DNA from: Takakia lepidozioides
Lineage: Eukaryota > Plantae > Bryophyta
Reading direction: 5' to 3'
Assembly: GCA_030704615.1 (NCBI GenBank)
Contig: CM060731.1
Span: 23,498,001 to 23,562,000 of the forward strand
DNA: 64,000 bases
In this document: one piece after another, positions 62,001 through 64,000 of the stretch
Position numbering within the stretch: the stretch's first letter is position 1
Layout: every line of letters starts with the position of its first letter
Position numbers and translations under genes: made by a program
The notes under the pieces: model-generated
The model's database searches: none
The model's input: only the letters and a program-made list of their open reading frames with translations
What the model was told of the DNA's origin: nothing

Positions 62001-63759
62001 CCTGGTCCAAAAGAGTCCCCTTGAGGCCTATCCTTCCTGGGTTTGACCATGCCACCATTGAGCTCTCCATCCTGCCACCAGGCTCCAGGATCAAAGGTAG
62101 GGGTTTCTTCAAACTCAACCCTAGCATTCTTAAGGACACCGAGCTGGTTCAATCTCTGTCGAATGCATGGGCAGCCTCCAGACCTCCCTTCTCCTCTCCT
62201 ACCCTCATCTTCCTCTGCAAATTCCAAGAAGCTAGGCAATCTTGTCAGGTGCTCTCTCGGAAAAAAACGGAGGATTCCGCTCGAAAGGAGAAAGCTCTGA
62301 CTAAGTGCCTGCATGTCTGTCAATATCAAATTCAGGCAGGTAGAATAGGCGACAAACCCTCATGTCTTACAAAACAGCCAAGCACAATCTTGCAGCCTTC
62401 TTACATGCCAGAGAGCAGAATTTCAGGATGAAGGCAGGAGTCAACTGGCCTCTTGGGGGAGAAAAGATGACCAAGTACTTTTTTATAAAAGCTAAGCAAA
62501 GGAGAGCCGCAAACCTCGTGTCTTACCTGAAAGATGACAATGGCACAGTACGCTCTGACCCGCAGAAAATGGCAGACATAGCAGCGGATTTTTTCAAAAG
62601 TTTGTTTGAAAAATGCGGGTCTTCTGTGCGCTCAGATGCAGCCATCATTGATGCCACCCCCTGCTTGCTCTCAAACCAGGAAAAGCTGTACCTCTGTGCC
62701 CCTTTTACAGAGGATGAACTGGGGCTGGCGGTTACGGTCCTTGCCCCCAATGAAGGCACTTGGGCTAGATGGAATGCCAATGGAGTTCTTTAAAACACTC
62801 TGGCAAACCATAGCCCCAGATTTCCTGGCTATGGCAAACGACATTCTGGACAAGGGCATTATGCCTTCTCAAATTTCTCATCACTTTGATTTTCAAGAAA
62901 GGTAATAGGGACAATATAGCAAATTATCGTCCAATAACCATGTTGAATTCCATATACAAAATCATTGCGAAAGCGCTTGCCATCAGGATCCAACCTCTGT
63001 TTTCTAAAGTTATAAGGAGAGACCAGACAGGGTTCTTGAAGGACAGAATGATATTGGACAATATCATCCTCACCCAAGAGGCCCTTCACAGAGCTACCCT
63101 CTCCAATCAGCCGCTGGCCCTGCTGAGGTTGGACTTCGAGAAAGCCTTCGACTCCATAGACTGGTCCTTTTTGCTTCAAGTTTTGGACAAGGCTGGTTTC
63201 CAGGGATCATTCCTCAAATGGATTAAAATCCTTCTATCCTCGGCCTCAAGCAAGGTCATGGTCAACGACATAATCTCAACAGAGTTCTCTCTATCTCGAT
63301 CAGTCAGGCAGGGGTGCCCGCTGACACCCTTCCTTTTTCTCATTATAGCCGATAGCCTTGGTCATTTATTGGAATCCAAGCAGGATGTCATAGGCCTCCA
63401 CTTGCCGTGTCCAGTAATGGACAGCACCAACATGGTCAAAGTTTCTATGTATGCCGATGACACGACGTTGCTACTGGATAACTCCAATAGAGCCAACATT
63501 GACAGAGTGTTGAATGCACTGCAAACCTTTTGCTTGGGATCTGGGCTGCAAATTAACTGGAAGAAATCAGTGGGTATGCTCTCCTCCTCCACCCCAATAC
63601 TACTACATGCCACTATACCCCTTGGGGACAAGAACTAGACCTCAAGTGGCTGGCTGATGGAGAATCGCACACTCTCCTGGGGCACCAAGTAGGCCACAAT
63701 CTGACTGATGAATAGAGGTTTGCAAAAGTGCTCCAAAACTTGAAAATGAAGTTGGCATT
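59020..63759 (+). mobile_element. Second L1/Tx1-like LINE (diverged relative of 22160-30532), inactivated, interrupted after the RT
   Basis: ORF1 from 59217 with LYFPGK..HLGA..GKGFY and CFECNGEGHVKADC; endonuclease SWNVRGL..FLQEHK..NIYAPN..GDFN; RT SVRQGCPLTPFLF..YADD; the 5' boundary is approximate. Confidence 0.92.
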
Positions 63760-64000
63760 TGTAACACCCAGGATCTATACAAATTAGAATAGAAGTACTT
63801 CTCAACTTTTTCCCAAAATAACTCGATGTTTTGTAGGCTTTCATTGCATGTTTATATACCTTCACAATATGATTATTTTAAAGATTTGACTTGAGAGCCT
63901 CAACTCAAAACTTCCTAAATCAACCTTCCTAGGTTTGACATATTCTCCACAATATGACTTTATCACACATTTGACCTACTCTCCATAATATAAATATCTT
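63760..64000 (+). mobile_element. Probable start of another LTR inserted into the LINE
   Basis: LINE homology stops abruptly at TGTAACACCC, a common plant gypsy LTR terminus, and the sequence turns AT-rich. The other end lies outside the window. Confidence 0.5.

Overview
Eukaryotic nuclear DNA from a land plant; the PPR and retroelement types suggest a non-seed plant, possibly a bryophyte (inference). The left half (1-36.5 kb) is gene-containing. It has a cluster of four related PLS-class PPR RNA-editing loci: one with an intact DYW-bearing exon, one E-type with a decayed C-terminus, and two relics. It also has a 6-exon pICln gene with a U12-type intron, a B3/REM gene or pseudogene, a 10-exon lariat debranching enzyme (DBR1) gene with a GC-AG intron, and an ABCD transporter fragment. 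These are interspersed with LINEs, including a full-length 8.4 kb L1-like copy with a target-site duplication (TSD), and a Harbinger relic. The right half (37.5-64 kb) is a nested transposon cluster. A chromoviral Ty3/gypsy element (RT deleted, integrase segment inverted) carries a 3.2 kb Mutator-like insertion with ten 26-bp palindromes and a same-family solo LTR inside its 3' LTR. It is fused to a second Ty3/gypsy element whose pol region holds a DNMT3-like C5 DNA-cytosine methyltransferase domain between protease and RT, plus a PHD finger after integrase. That methyltransferase+PHD retrotransposon, decayed in this copy, is the most notable system in the window. Exon and boundary coordinates were read by hand and may be off by a few bases.
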